A stretch of 64,000 bases of DNA from Anthoceros angustus (Eukaryota > Plantae > Anthocerotophyta): the NCBI GenBank assembly GCA_010909165.1, contig MU008202.1, positions 62,001 to 126,000 of the forward strand, read 5' to 3'. Both the position numbers and the translations under genes were made by a program. The notes beneath the pieces are model-generated. The model did no database searches and was not told the origin of the DNA. It saw only the letters and a program-made list of their open reading frames with translations. Below, one piece after another: positions 36,824 to 49,509 of the stretch. The stretch's first letter is position 1; the number at the start of each line of letters is the position of its first letter.

Positions 36824-39779
36824 CTATCGCCTCCTCATGCCACGTCCCCTGCCCCTAAATCCACCTCTCAATGGTCTCCCGGTCATAGCCCTCTCAGCAT
36901 TTTCTCCCTGGGCACTCTCGGACTGATTCACACAAAACGATCCGCACAAGTATTAGCGAATCCAGGCTTCGGTCTAGGAAAGTCAAACCGACAACAAAGG
37001 AAGATAGAAACAGCTATCACCTTGGGGTTCTTGATTGTCTCGTCCACACTCAGGATCAGACACGCTGCTTCTGTGGCTGCCGTTATGGCATTTATCTAGA
37101 ATTACGCAAGCTCAGATTTAGTTCACAGTTAAAGAGGGCAGTAAGAGGGACCTGCCTGAACACTACTGACCCACAACAGAGTTTCTGGTGCTGTTACCTT
37201 CACGACAGAGGGCTCCCACACAAAGTTGGAGTAAGTGTCAATGATGCCACCGGTATCGATCTCCACACCGAAGAGAGCACCCTCTCCTGCATCAGTATGA
37301 CACAGCTTAATGACAGGCAAATATCCTCAAGCAATATCTCCAGACGGACAAGAGTAGACTGCTGCTGGTTCTACCTGATGGAAGGGCATGCTTCTGCCGA
37401 AGTTTGTTGAGAACATCAGTAGCGTCAAATCCAGCATTGTCACACAGCTGCCGAGGAATGACCTGAATGCATCCCAGAAAGAGATGACAATTTCGACCTA
37501 GCATAGAGGCGGATTATCTGGGGAAGCATTTGATTTCCAGTGAGAAGGTACCTCAAGTGCTTTTGCATACGCATTGATGAAAAGCTGTGACTTCCCTGGA
37601 ATTGTCCGAGCATACTGGCGAAGGTACCTGCTGATCTCCATCTGGATCATGCAGCCAGGCACATGTGTAACCTCAATGGACACTTGCAGTTCAAAGAAAC
37701 AGAAACAGCTCCGGCCAACAGATTGAACAACTTACATCTATAGCCCCACCACCTGCAACGACAGTCGAGTTTTTATATGCTCTCCGGACTATCATGATTG
37801 CATCATGCAAACTGCGTTCTGCTTCTTCGATGAACTGCCCACCACAATCCAGAAAAACAGCACACAGTAACGTCAACAACAGTTAAAGGAAAAAAAGTAA
37901 CAGACTTTAGCAACCAACTCCACTAAAACTGGTGAAAGACAGCAGAAGTCTGGCACACCTGATCTGCACCCCCACGCAAAACAATGGTTGCCGTCTCTCC
38001 AGATGGACACCCCGTAAAGATGTTGAATCGCTCATTGCCCACCTGTCTCTCCTCAAACAGCTCACAGACACCTAGAACCTGAAATCTCATGTCTCCATGT
38101 GAGTAAAATCATGCAAGAACACGTCCTGGCCCACCCCTTTCTTTGTGTACTGAAAGTTGACCCCAAGAACCAGCTTACATCTGGAACCAAGTTGTTGACA
38201 GTAGTCTGAACAGAACCACCTGTAGCATTTGCAACTCTATTCAAATCTTCTTCCATCACTCGTCCAGCACAGAAAATATCACGATCTGCAAAGTACTGTG
38301 AAGAGGCAAGTAGTGTTAGGCTCAGAATTGTGGAACAAAACAGTCCATCATGCAAGGACTGAATGCTACGGTTGCTGCAGGAGAGGACAGGATACCTGAG
38401 TGGCCAAGTCACCAATCGCCAGCCGTGACAACACGATCTTTGCACCACTCTTCACACAGTTCTCCAGCTTCTCATAGATAATATTCCACTCCGCATCAAC
38501 AATAGACTGGTACTGTGAAGGATCCGATAGCCTGCAGCAACCAAATTGCACCTTGATTAAAAAGTGATAACCAGCTACTTTTGAATAGAGGAAAAGCTTG
38601 CTGCTGAGCAACACCTGACTTCCGCATTCTCTTTCTCTGACTTTAATTCCAGCTCCAGATTGAGGAGCAAAATCTTAGGATTCTCAAAGGTTTTAGGCTG
38701 TTGTTCAAATCCAGCATATGAGAAAGTCTTCTTGAATGCAACACCCTTCACCAGAAAGGAATCCCGCATGGTCCCACCTTGTACCTGACTCAACATCATC
38801 CGACCAAAGTGAACCATCTCCTACCGCTGTGAGGCTACTGAAAAGAAGATTGAGGAGCTACATTACCGCTGGCTGGGAGCAATAACAAGGATCTAAAGAC
38901 CCTAAAGAAAGGGTTAAAACCAAACCTTCTTGATCCCAATCATACTCAGTCGATCATCTTCTCCTAGAACAGAAACTGCATCAACAACCATCTTGGCAAA
39001 GAAATCCTTCTCCCCACCAACAAGCTTCGAACTCAGAGTTGTGGCAGCACATTTCTCAAGCAACGACTTCTTCTCCTCCGAGCTCTTCCCTTCTATACTA
39101 ATAGCCAGCTCGCGTAACTTCTGGACAGCCTGCAACATCACAACCCCTGGCGTGTGTTAGATAATGACCTACAACTTGTGACCATACAGTTACGTGTGAA
39201 CCACTCGCAACCGCACCAAATTCGACGCGGTTCGAAAACTTCGTATGATGAGCTGAGGGTGAACACCATCCTCCACAAACGGCTTTGCTTCTTTCAAAAA
39301 CTCGCCAGCCAGGAGCACCACAGTTGTTGTTCCGTCGCCGACCTGCACAAGCCATTAGGATCAACAACAACGTTGTGGTCAAAAAATGGCGCTGGCTGAA
39401 GGCATAATTGTCGGCTAAACCGGAGTCCAAGCTCACCAACCGACTTTCAAACGCACATTGAGCAACAGGTCAGGATCACACGCCACACAAGCAGCTGCTG
39501 CTCATCAAAACCACCCCCCACCTCCGCGTCCTGCGATTTTGCAATCTCCACAAGAATCTTGGCTGCCGGATGCACGATATCCAGCAGCTTCATAATCGTG
39601 GCCCCGTCATTGGAGATCGTTGTCCCCTTGGAGTCATGGATTAGCTTGTCCATGCCCCGGGGCCCGAGCGTGGACCGAACGGCATCGACAACTGCGACAC
39701 AAGCGTTGATGTTGCTTATCAGTTGAGGCTTGCCTTGCGAAGTGTCCGTCCCCTCCTTCAGCAATATGATCTGCGCCAT
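36824..39779 (-). CDS. CCT7: T-complex protein 1 subunit eta, multi-exon
   Basis: [95 protein letters not shown]; Gly/Arg-rich tail ending GRGMRRR* at 36824. Exact start uncertain. Confidence 0.95.
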
Positions 39780-40074
39780 CACCACGCACGTTGGTGCCCT
39801 CCTCTTCAGCTGCGTGAAATCGTACAGACAGCAGAGATCTCCACGCCTGGTGACCAACAAATTACAGCATCCGAATCGGCTTCAACAGTCATGCCTCTCA
39901 AGAAGGACTAGCATACGGCGAAGTTAGGGCTCGATGGCGGGAAAGGAACCAGATGAACGAAAGCAACTATTTTAACAGTATAAAATATAGGTCCTACTAT
40001 CTTGAGTGAAAACTGAAAACCTACCTAGGCCTCGGAGTTTTAGGTCTCATCAGTATTTCTAGCGGAAGCCCTAG

Positions 40075-41292
<1,218 letters not shown>

Positions 41293-41895
41293 ACGTTTGG
41301 TAGGTATGGGCATATGATACTGTAGGAAAAGTTGTACCACCCTGGGGCGTTATTGAAATTTTGAGTGGGACACATGAGCGGCATGAATGGCGAGAAACTG
41401 TACCATAGTGTGGTGAGGAATTTTGGTATCTTGATGCGGTTCACTGAAATTAGGTCGCACGTGTTTCGTGCGAGGTGTCCTTCATGGTCCAATTTTGCGC
41501 AATCTTTGTTCGTTACCATGACCCTCAAGGTATCTGCTAAGACAATCTACTGCGCGTTACGTCCTTTCGTAATGATACGACCGTTCCATTACCCGTGTGT
41601 GATTTACCGTATGGACTGATCGTCGTGACTTGAAAGTCAGTGGAGACGATGAAGAGATTTGTTCCTCCTGAAACCAGATGATATACTCCAACACAATCTC
41701 AATTAAGCGCACAGTTACAGTAAGTAGCTACCTTGCCCCACAGGCAGGCCATAGCTCTATAACTATTTTACAACGCCTCACATTGTCGCCTGTAAAGAAT
41801 AAGAAAGCCCTGGCAAAGACCAGAGCAAGCTCAGAGTACACAGTGAAAGATAACCCATTTCACCTATTCACCATGTGCACGCTCACAACAAAGAG

Positions 41896-43262
41896 CTACA
41901 CATGATCGCCAAGAAGACCTTGCAACTCCTTCCTTCTCCGTTCCACTTCCTGGAAACATCGAAATATTACAAAGAATGCACCAACATACAGTCGATTCAA
42001 CAATATGTAGTGACCATATTCATCACAGACCTCAAGATCCTTGATAGCTTGATCTCGCCACTGAGCTTTTTTGACACGAGCCCTCTTCAGGTTGCCCATG
42101 CAGAGAAGGCCCTGCTCCAGAAGAGGTGAAAGAAGAATATCACTTACAGAGAGAAATGTCGATGCCGGTAACATCAGAGAGCTACACTATTCGTCTGTTC
42201 TTATAAATGAAAGGGATTTTACTTACAGATACCACATAGAGAACACCACAAGCAAAAAGAGCCCAAGCGGCAGCTTCATGGAGCTGGCCCTCTAGGTCAG
42301 TTTCGCCGCTTGCATGGGAGAGAGCCTTGGTCATTACAGCGACACTGACATGATCCAACAAGCCTAGGTGAGACGCTCTGGAGACACTATCACACTTGAA
42401 AGGTAACAAAACCTGGACAAAAAGAATGCTTAAAGTAAATGACAGCAGCTTACAAAATCTGAAGCATTCCCCTTCCAACCCAGTATTCGAGGATCTGACA
42501 CAACGGGGATATTAGAATTGCAAACACTCACATGATAGGAAGTTCGAAAAGAAGATTGTCTCTGCAAAGAAAACCTTACCTTCCAAAAGTTGAAAATTCT
42601 CTCCCACTCTGTCTCAGCAACTGCCACAAAAAACGCAAGGACTACAGCGTAGCACCGCAGTATTCCAACAAAAACCTGCAAATCCAACCAGAAGATTTGA
42701 GAACAGGAGATCAAAAAACGCTCCGACAGCTTCTCACTTGCAAAAGCCAACAAGCTAAGTTATGACACGTCCTTGTACGACCAAACCAAATGCGCAGCAA
42801 GATCTCTTAAAGTTTGCTTGAGCTGACCACAGAAAGGTACACAAGTAAGCAACTCGGTACTATGGCATGCGCAATCACCTCGAAAAGCACAACTTCCCAT
42901 CATTCTTCGCTGCACCACGGCAGCTGCTAAATGTGCAGCTCTAGAGGCACAAACTGACAGGAAACAGGGACGAGATGATCTACTGCTCCTCCGCTGCAAT
43001 AGCCACAAGCAAGAATTCAGGGATGCTGAAGAGCACGAACATTTTGGCCGGACTTGAAGGAGCGGACGGAGGAGATGGCATTCATGACCCCGCAGAAGAG
43101 CGCACTGACGGCGGTAGCAACGCTGAGGCAACGGTAGACCAAAAGCACGCTGTCACCACGTTCCTTGGCAACGCGCACTTCATCTAGCAGAGCGTGCGGA
43201 TCCTTAGCCTCCTGGTAATTGAGGTGCTCGCCGATCTCGGAAGACGCCATGTCTGCGCTCAT
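41896..43262 (-). CDS. COPI-associated / TVP15-like Golgi membrane protein, multi-exon
   Basis: LLVYRCLSVATAVSALFCGVMN, GILRCYAVVLAFFVAVAETEWERIFNFWK, VAVMTKAL, LFACGVLYVVS, GLLCMGNLKRAR..DQAIKDLE, ERRRKELQ match the plant family. An alternative start at 43319 is possible. Confidence 0.85.
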
Positions 43263-43624
43263 CTTCCGCTCGCGCCGGTTTCCGGTGTCCAGCCTTTCCC
43301 CCGAAGCACTGCGAAACATGTTTCCGGCTGCGCCGCATTTGGCTGTGGCCGTGGCGGGAGCAGGAGCGAGGACGGAGGCAGTCACGCGTGGCCGAGCTTA
43401 TACGGCGGGACACATGTCCGCGAGGCAGAGGCACGTACACAACACGCCTCGATTCGCTTTACGACAGAAACGCTCGACAAAAATCAACGAGAGTCCGTCT
43501 GTACAAAACCGATTGTGTGTTCGTCAGGGATACGGTGGCTGTGGCTTTGGCGTCTGAGTCGCAACCGAACCGGGGATCATGGCCACCTCTGTGACGGCAT
43601 TCACACAAGGGCAAGGAAGTTGCG

Positions 43625-45050
43625 TCAGAGATGCTGGCATTTCTCAGATCCTTGCATCCAAGCAGGTGAGGATGTAGGCTGACCTGAAGGAGCCTTCTTT
43701 GCACAGTACTTGCCGAAGACATCGTTCAGCACGTTGTTGGAGGTGAGGGAAGCTCGCAGGAGCTGCAAAATCTGTATCAAGGTTTTGACCCTCTCGGTTA
43801 GAGATGGGGGCAGGAAATCTGCAGTGAGCACATGTGTGGAATTTGGGGGGTTCAACACGGACCTCTTCAGATCCGATGAGGATGTCGATGTGGTCCAAGT
43901 CACTCACTCTTTCCTTCATGTGCAAGTGCATGAAGGACTTGATAGCGGAGTTGACAAAGATTTCCAGGGTATTGGTGATGATAAATGAGCTTCCGTCCTT
44001 CACGTAACCCACAGGAAACTCGTCCTCCTCAGCCATGATGTTGGCAGTTGGGACCACTGGTTCTCCCGGCAACTGTTTGTGAAAAGTTTCTTTGATGCCA
44101 TTCCCTTTTGCAGCGAAATTGCAATTCTTGCCACCATTTTTGGCAGCCACTGGGCAGGCGGAGGAGGCCTTCCTTGCCCCAGGGTGCTGGCATCCTCCTC
44201 CAGCTCCTGGTTTATCAGGTGTCTTAGTGCGCGGGCAGATGCTGCATATAGGTTTTCCTTCAGGGTACGGAGGAGGCCCCAGGATGAGGGCCAGCTGTGC
44301 TGCTTCTGCCTCTGCTTGGGCTGCCTCGTCCATATCCTCCACAATTCTGCAAAGGATAGTCATCTGCCGCCGGTGTTTTGGACACCTTGTGGCCTCAATT
44401 TTGGAGATGTATGGGCAGTCTTTTCCACAGTTGTAGTAGGTGGTCACCTTCTCGGGTGGAGGTCCAAAATCCACCGTGATATTGAACAGTTTCCCATTGA
44501 AGTCTGTTCCAGGAAGCGGATTTAACAAGAGCTGCTTGTCCTGGCACATCCTCTGCTCGTCCATGTTTACCACACTCTCATAAATAGAGCCCACGCTGGT
44601 CAGTGGGGCCATAATGGCATTCTTATCCCTGTTACTCATGAACGAGGCCTTGGAGGACCCTTGGGGCACACCAGAGGCAGCTTCAGCCATGGCCTGAGCA
44701 GCAGCCATGGAAGGTGGAGGTATGGGCTCAGCTTTTAAGATGTGTCCCTCGGCCAGGAGCTTCACGACACAACCTATAGGCAAGGTCAGGAAGCCCATAA
44801 GCATATCCACCATATCCTTCCCTGCTTCCATGCACATCACCATCTTGCTTGTTCTACTGTACAAGAGAGTGGCTTTGATGGGCTTGTTAATAGTGACGAT
44901 CGTGATGAACTGTGACGACCTCCTCATGGTCTCCTCTTTCGCATTTTCCTTCGACTCAGCGAGGCAGTTCAGTACTTGCACCTTTCCTGGTGCGGCACCA
45001 ATTCCTGCTGGCGCCCCCTTGAAAGCGTTCTCCTTCCCAGCACAAGCCAT
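43625..45050 (-). CDS. DUF674-domain protein (2 exons)
   Basis: KATLLYSRTSKMVMCMEAGKDMVDMLMGFLTLPIGCVVKLL, GSIYESVVNM, GYVKDGSSFIITNTL. After an intron at ~43797-43866 the last exon reads ILQLLRASLTSNNVLNDVF. Confidence 0.85.
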
Positions 45051-45668
45051 GGTTGCGTGCGACTCAAGACCACTCCGACGCAGATTGCTAGTGCAACAGC
45101 ACACCCCCTTATCTCATCCAATATCCGTCCCTCCTATCAGCTTTCCGCATACATCCAAACCCTGAGCTGTCAGATGACACCCCTGCGGTTTTTGCATCAC
45201 TTTCGGCCCGATCTGTGCAACACAAATCTCCATTCCGCGACCAGTAGAGCAGCAACCCGGTGGTCAGCCCAGCTGCCTGGCCTGTTCAGAAAGGCCGAGC
45301 TCGAGAAGGAAGGGTAAGACATTTTCATTGTGCGCCTGCCCCTGCCACAACATCCCGCCCGCATCATCGCTGCCCGATCAACCGGTCTACAGCCATGCTG
45401 GGTCGGCACATGTGCAGCAGTCGTGAGAATCACATTCAAGCGGCAAGACGATGCCAGAAAGGCCGCTCTCCAAAGGACGAGCAGGCCTGAAGGCGACCAA
45501 ACGCAATCTTCCTGCCACCTAATCCCTGTCCTACAGGTTGCCATAACTGCTGGGATCTCGACGTGCTCCTTGGAGTTGCAGGCAGCGCCTGTGAGCAAAG
45601 CTCGCAGATGAAGCCGCCCGTCCCTCCTGATATCACGTAGCATACGCCAGCGAACAGGCCTTGGCGCC

Positions 45669-47442
45669 TTGGAGGCTGGAGGTAGTGGGACTGATGCAGC
45701 TCGCAGGCGAGCAAACCGTTATGTGTCCTGGCCTCGGGACACCCTGCTGTTGGAGCAAGCCCTAGGCCAGTCTGTGATGCAGTCTGTGAAGGAGGACGAT
45801 GGCAGCTTGGATGCCAAGAGTGTGTGCTCCAGCGGCAATCCTTGGCGCCATGTGCAGACGCTGCTCTGGAGTGACCTGCAAGCTGTGATCAAAGCGCCGG
45901 AGCAGCCGGTGGTGCGAGCCGTGATAGGGAGCAATTTGATCGAGGAGAACGAGCAACTCTTCCTGGAAGCCGATGCTTTAGAGGAGATACTGCACGGGAT
46001 CGAGGAGGAAACGCAGAAGCGTCTTTCTTCTCACCGCCTCTTTGACACACCTGCGCGCTTGTTGCTGGAGCGGGAGATCCAACTCCTTCTGCAGTCTTTG
46101 CAGAAGAGCTCCAATTCCGCCGAGGAGCTGCAAGGCCTTGCTGCCGGTCCTGGGTCTGCGGTTGCTCAACCGACTGAGCCCGCGAGGAGACGGGGGTCGG
46201 AGACAGGCTCGTCCGGGGCTGCTGCAGCGAGGCAGGTTCGCGGTGACAGGGTTTCGCCGCGGGAGAACAGCAGTGTTGCTTCTTCCGTCGGGAGGCTGGA
46301 TTTTCGACATCTTGAGAGCGCGGAGGTGCTGGATCCTGCCAAGGTGGAGCAGTTTGCAGAGAGCCCGAGTGACAAGCGTGTTGTCAGCTACGTCATCGGG
46401 AAGTCTACTTTGCAGGAGAGAGCCAATTCTGGGCTGCCCTCAGATGGCTGGACATCGAGGACAAACTCATCCCGGTCCCCTTCCTCCAATCCCAGCAGTA
46501 GCCGGAGCAGCCAGCTGGAGAACAACATGTCCCGGGCATCGTCTGGACTATCCACCAGATCCTGCAACAACGCTTTGGTGGTTGATTGCATCAAACCCTA
46601 CTTAAACTACAACGACATAGATGTTGTGGCTGACAGGATTCGCCATGCTCTGGCCTCCGAGCGTGTAAACTCAACTCCCCATCCTCATCTGCTGCTGCCT
46701 TTTTCTCCTGCTAGTGGCATCTCCAAGCTAGGTTCACTAACAACCTCGTTGCTCGCTGCTCAGATTGTCCTTGCAGAGGACGTTGCTTACTTACGGGAAT
46801 GCCTTGAGAAATCTGCGGAACTGTATTCATGTGTGAGTAAGCAGGCCAAACCGGACTCCACAGCTTCATCTAAACCTTCCCAGTCCTCAGCCCCAAAATG
46901 CACTGCTGTTCTGGGTTGCAAACCGCGATGTTATTTGATATGACAGGTTCCCTACACAAAAAATGTTCTCCATCCACTCCGCAATTGATGACAGGGAACC
47001 AGGTTTCCAGGTTTCGTGCATGCAACAGCTCAAGTTTTTCTCTCAGGCTTCCAACCGTCTTTCTCAAGCTTTCAACTCTTCTGTGATTTGACAGGTGAAG
47101 ACCGCCCCCCCATCCTTGAGTGAGCTGAAAGACTGCGGCAGGAACCTGGAGCGGAGACTGCATTCTGAAACACAGCTGAGTAGAATCAACAAGGCATTGG
47201 GTTCCAGAGGGGCAAAACAGCCATCATCCACTTTTTTACACAGGGTTGCTGACATGAAGCGTCCTCTTCTTCCCAGCCTGTCACACGCACCCAAGCCTGA
47301 CGTTCCCCTTCCGGTGCCGGTGCTCGGAAAAGGTAGTCCACCACTACCCTTCAGGCGCACAAGTCTGAGGCCGGGCCAAAGTGGAAATGAGCCCGGCAGG
47401 GCTCAAGACATACATCGGAGAGCTTCGTATGGGGACACGTAG
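45669..47442 (+). CDS. CCDC24-like coiled-coil protein, spliced; start uncertain
   Basis: 424-aa ORF with PWRHVQTLL..PEQPVVRAVIGSNLIEENEQLFLEADALEEIL, LLEREIQLLLQSL and DIDVVADRIRHALASE..LAEDVAYLRECLE, resembling the CCDC24 family as recalled. Terminal exon 47095-47442. Confidence 0.62.
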
Positions 47443-48000
47443 GTGCAAGCCGTCCAACACATTCCAACATGCCCTCGCCCTCCCCTTCCTACCAAGTATT
47501 TCTTAGGTTTGTGGTACTTGTGGTGGTGGTTCCCGAAATGGGAAAGGGAAAAGTGGGTGCGTTATGGGCTAAGAAATAAGAAGTGGGGTACTCACACTTT
47601 CACCACAAGGTGAGGGAGTCCTGCTTCTCTCATGCAGGTACGTTGTTGTTAAGCATCTCGATAGGTACTTAGGGAGTGCATGCCCTTGGTGCTAGTAGCT
47701 TATGCACACCATGGTAAGGGTTCATAGGAAATTTTTATCTAATTGGATTACGATGAATTATTTTTTTTTCTCTATCTGGGTATCGTATAGTATGTATTAT
47801 CTATTTAATATATATTTTACTAAAATACAACTTACTTCATAAAAAATGGGATTATTTTAAACTAAAACTTTTAACCACTTTTTATATATCTAGGTGTTTA
47901 GATTACCTTATTTTAGTTGTAATATATATTATTAATTTTACACATATGTATGCTAAAGAATCTACCCATGGAACAAATCAAATAAAGGTGTACAGAATTT

Positions 48001-48230
48001 TAAGGTACAGTTTTAAGTCAGTATGCATACATTTAAGTCGACAAAAAGGAGGCCAACTGGACAGTATGAAGCCCGTGCTTCAGTTGTAAGGTGTAGTTTT
48101 AAGTAAGTATGTACACATTTAGGTCTACATAAAGGAGGCCAACTCGACAAAGCCCGTGCTTCAGTTGTAAGGTGTAGTTTTAAGTAAGTATGTACACATT
48201 TAAGTCTACATAAAGGAGGCCAACTCGACA
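48001..48230. repeat. ~81-86 bp tandem repeat x3, followed by a ~30-bp dimer (48234-48295)
   Basis: TAAGGTGTAGTTTTAAGTAAGTATGTACACATTTA..AAAGGAGGCCAACT units start at 48001, 48087 and 48168. Confidence 0.92.
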
Positions 48231-48569
48231 ATATGTAGCACTTGCTTCAATTAACTATTCTATCTGTAGCACTTGCTTCAATTAACTATTTTATCGAACT
48301 AAAGCAAATGTGAACTTGTGAGCATGAAGTCTCCTTCCCTAGGGAAACTCACATATCTTATTTTTATGTTCACCTGTCTATCTCTAAAATTCAAAGAATA
48401 CGACTTGCTTGTTCCTTCACAAAAATAAATTGATCTTCATAAGCTGTCCTGGAGTTGTTTTATCTATTGTGAGATTCAATGCGGTCCATACACTTTTCTT
48501 ATTATATTTCCTAAATTTTAAAGAATACGACTTACTTGTTCAATCACAAAAATAAATGATCTTCAAAAG

Positions 48570-49509
48570 CTATCCTGGAATTGTTTTATCCGTTGTGAGA
48601 TTCAACGCGGTCCACACACCCTTCTTATTATACTCACCTTCTAATACATTCTTGTTTCTAGAGAACTTGAACTTGCCAGGTCCAATAGGTTTGTTTTTTG
48701 TAAAAGTGCCTTCATACACATTTCCATCTCTTAAAATCCATTCTCCTTTTGTAAAATTTCCCTTATCCCAAGTTCCTGCAAACTGCATATAGTTTCTATG
48801 AATCAATCACAATTCTACTTTTTTTTGTATTTTATTATTGTTAAAAATATTTATGTTTATCATATACCTTGTAATAACATGAAAGAAAATCACCCAATAT
48901 AGATTGATACCTGGCTCATTGTTGCCTTAAAATAATAGGTGCCAATTCCATGCTTTTTATCATCTTTCCAATCACCTTTGTAAAAATCTCCATTCGGATA
49001 AATGTACATGCCTGTCCCATACTTTTTGTCTCCCATCCAAGTACCTGTAGGCATGTTGATTTTAGATCCATTTGAGATCTTTTTAATAATAAAAAATATA
49101 AAAATTAATTTTTAATGGATCAATAACTCACCTTCATAAGTACTTTTATCAGGATATGTCATAATGCCATATCCCGTTTTCTGATTTGCTGCATACATGC
49201 CATCATACTTGGCTTGTTTCTTTTTCTTTGTGAAATTATACACGCCCTTTCCTTGTTTTATACCCTTTTCCATAAACCCTTTGTAGGTATCCCCATTGGG
49301 ATAGGTACAGGTCCCTTCTCCTTGAGGTAAATATCCCTCTAGAAGAGTGCCAGTCCATTCCTATCCATTTTTTTCTTGCTTAGAAAGTGATAAAACAAAA
49401 ATTGTACGATTATAATGATCAATTTGCTTAAATCAAAACACACACTTACAACTTTAGGTTCTTCCTCCTCATCCCCTTCTTCTCCCTCCTCATCCTCATC
49501 ATCAGCCAT
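48570..49509 (-). CDS. RSP10: MORN-repeat flagellar radial spoke head protein (RSP10/RSPH1-like), 4-5 exons, AT-rich; mostly missed by the ORF track
   Basis: MADDEDEEGEEGDEEEPKV|GTAAG; GEGTCTYPNGDTYKG..KQGKGVYNF..YDGMY..GYGIMTYPDKSTYE; GTGMYIYPNGDFYKGDW..KHGIGTYYF; QFAGTWDKGNFTKGEWILRDGNVYEGTF..LEGEYNKKGVW. This layout parallels Chlamydomonas RSP10 as recalled. Confidence 0.85.

Noticed and set aside
38291-38395. Possible U12-type intron in CCT7 (GTATCCTG donor)
   Set aside because: The donor deviates from GTATCCTT and there is no TCCTTAAC branch point.
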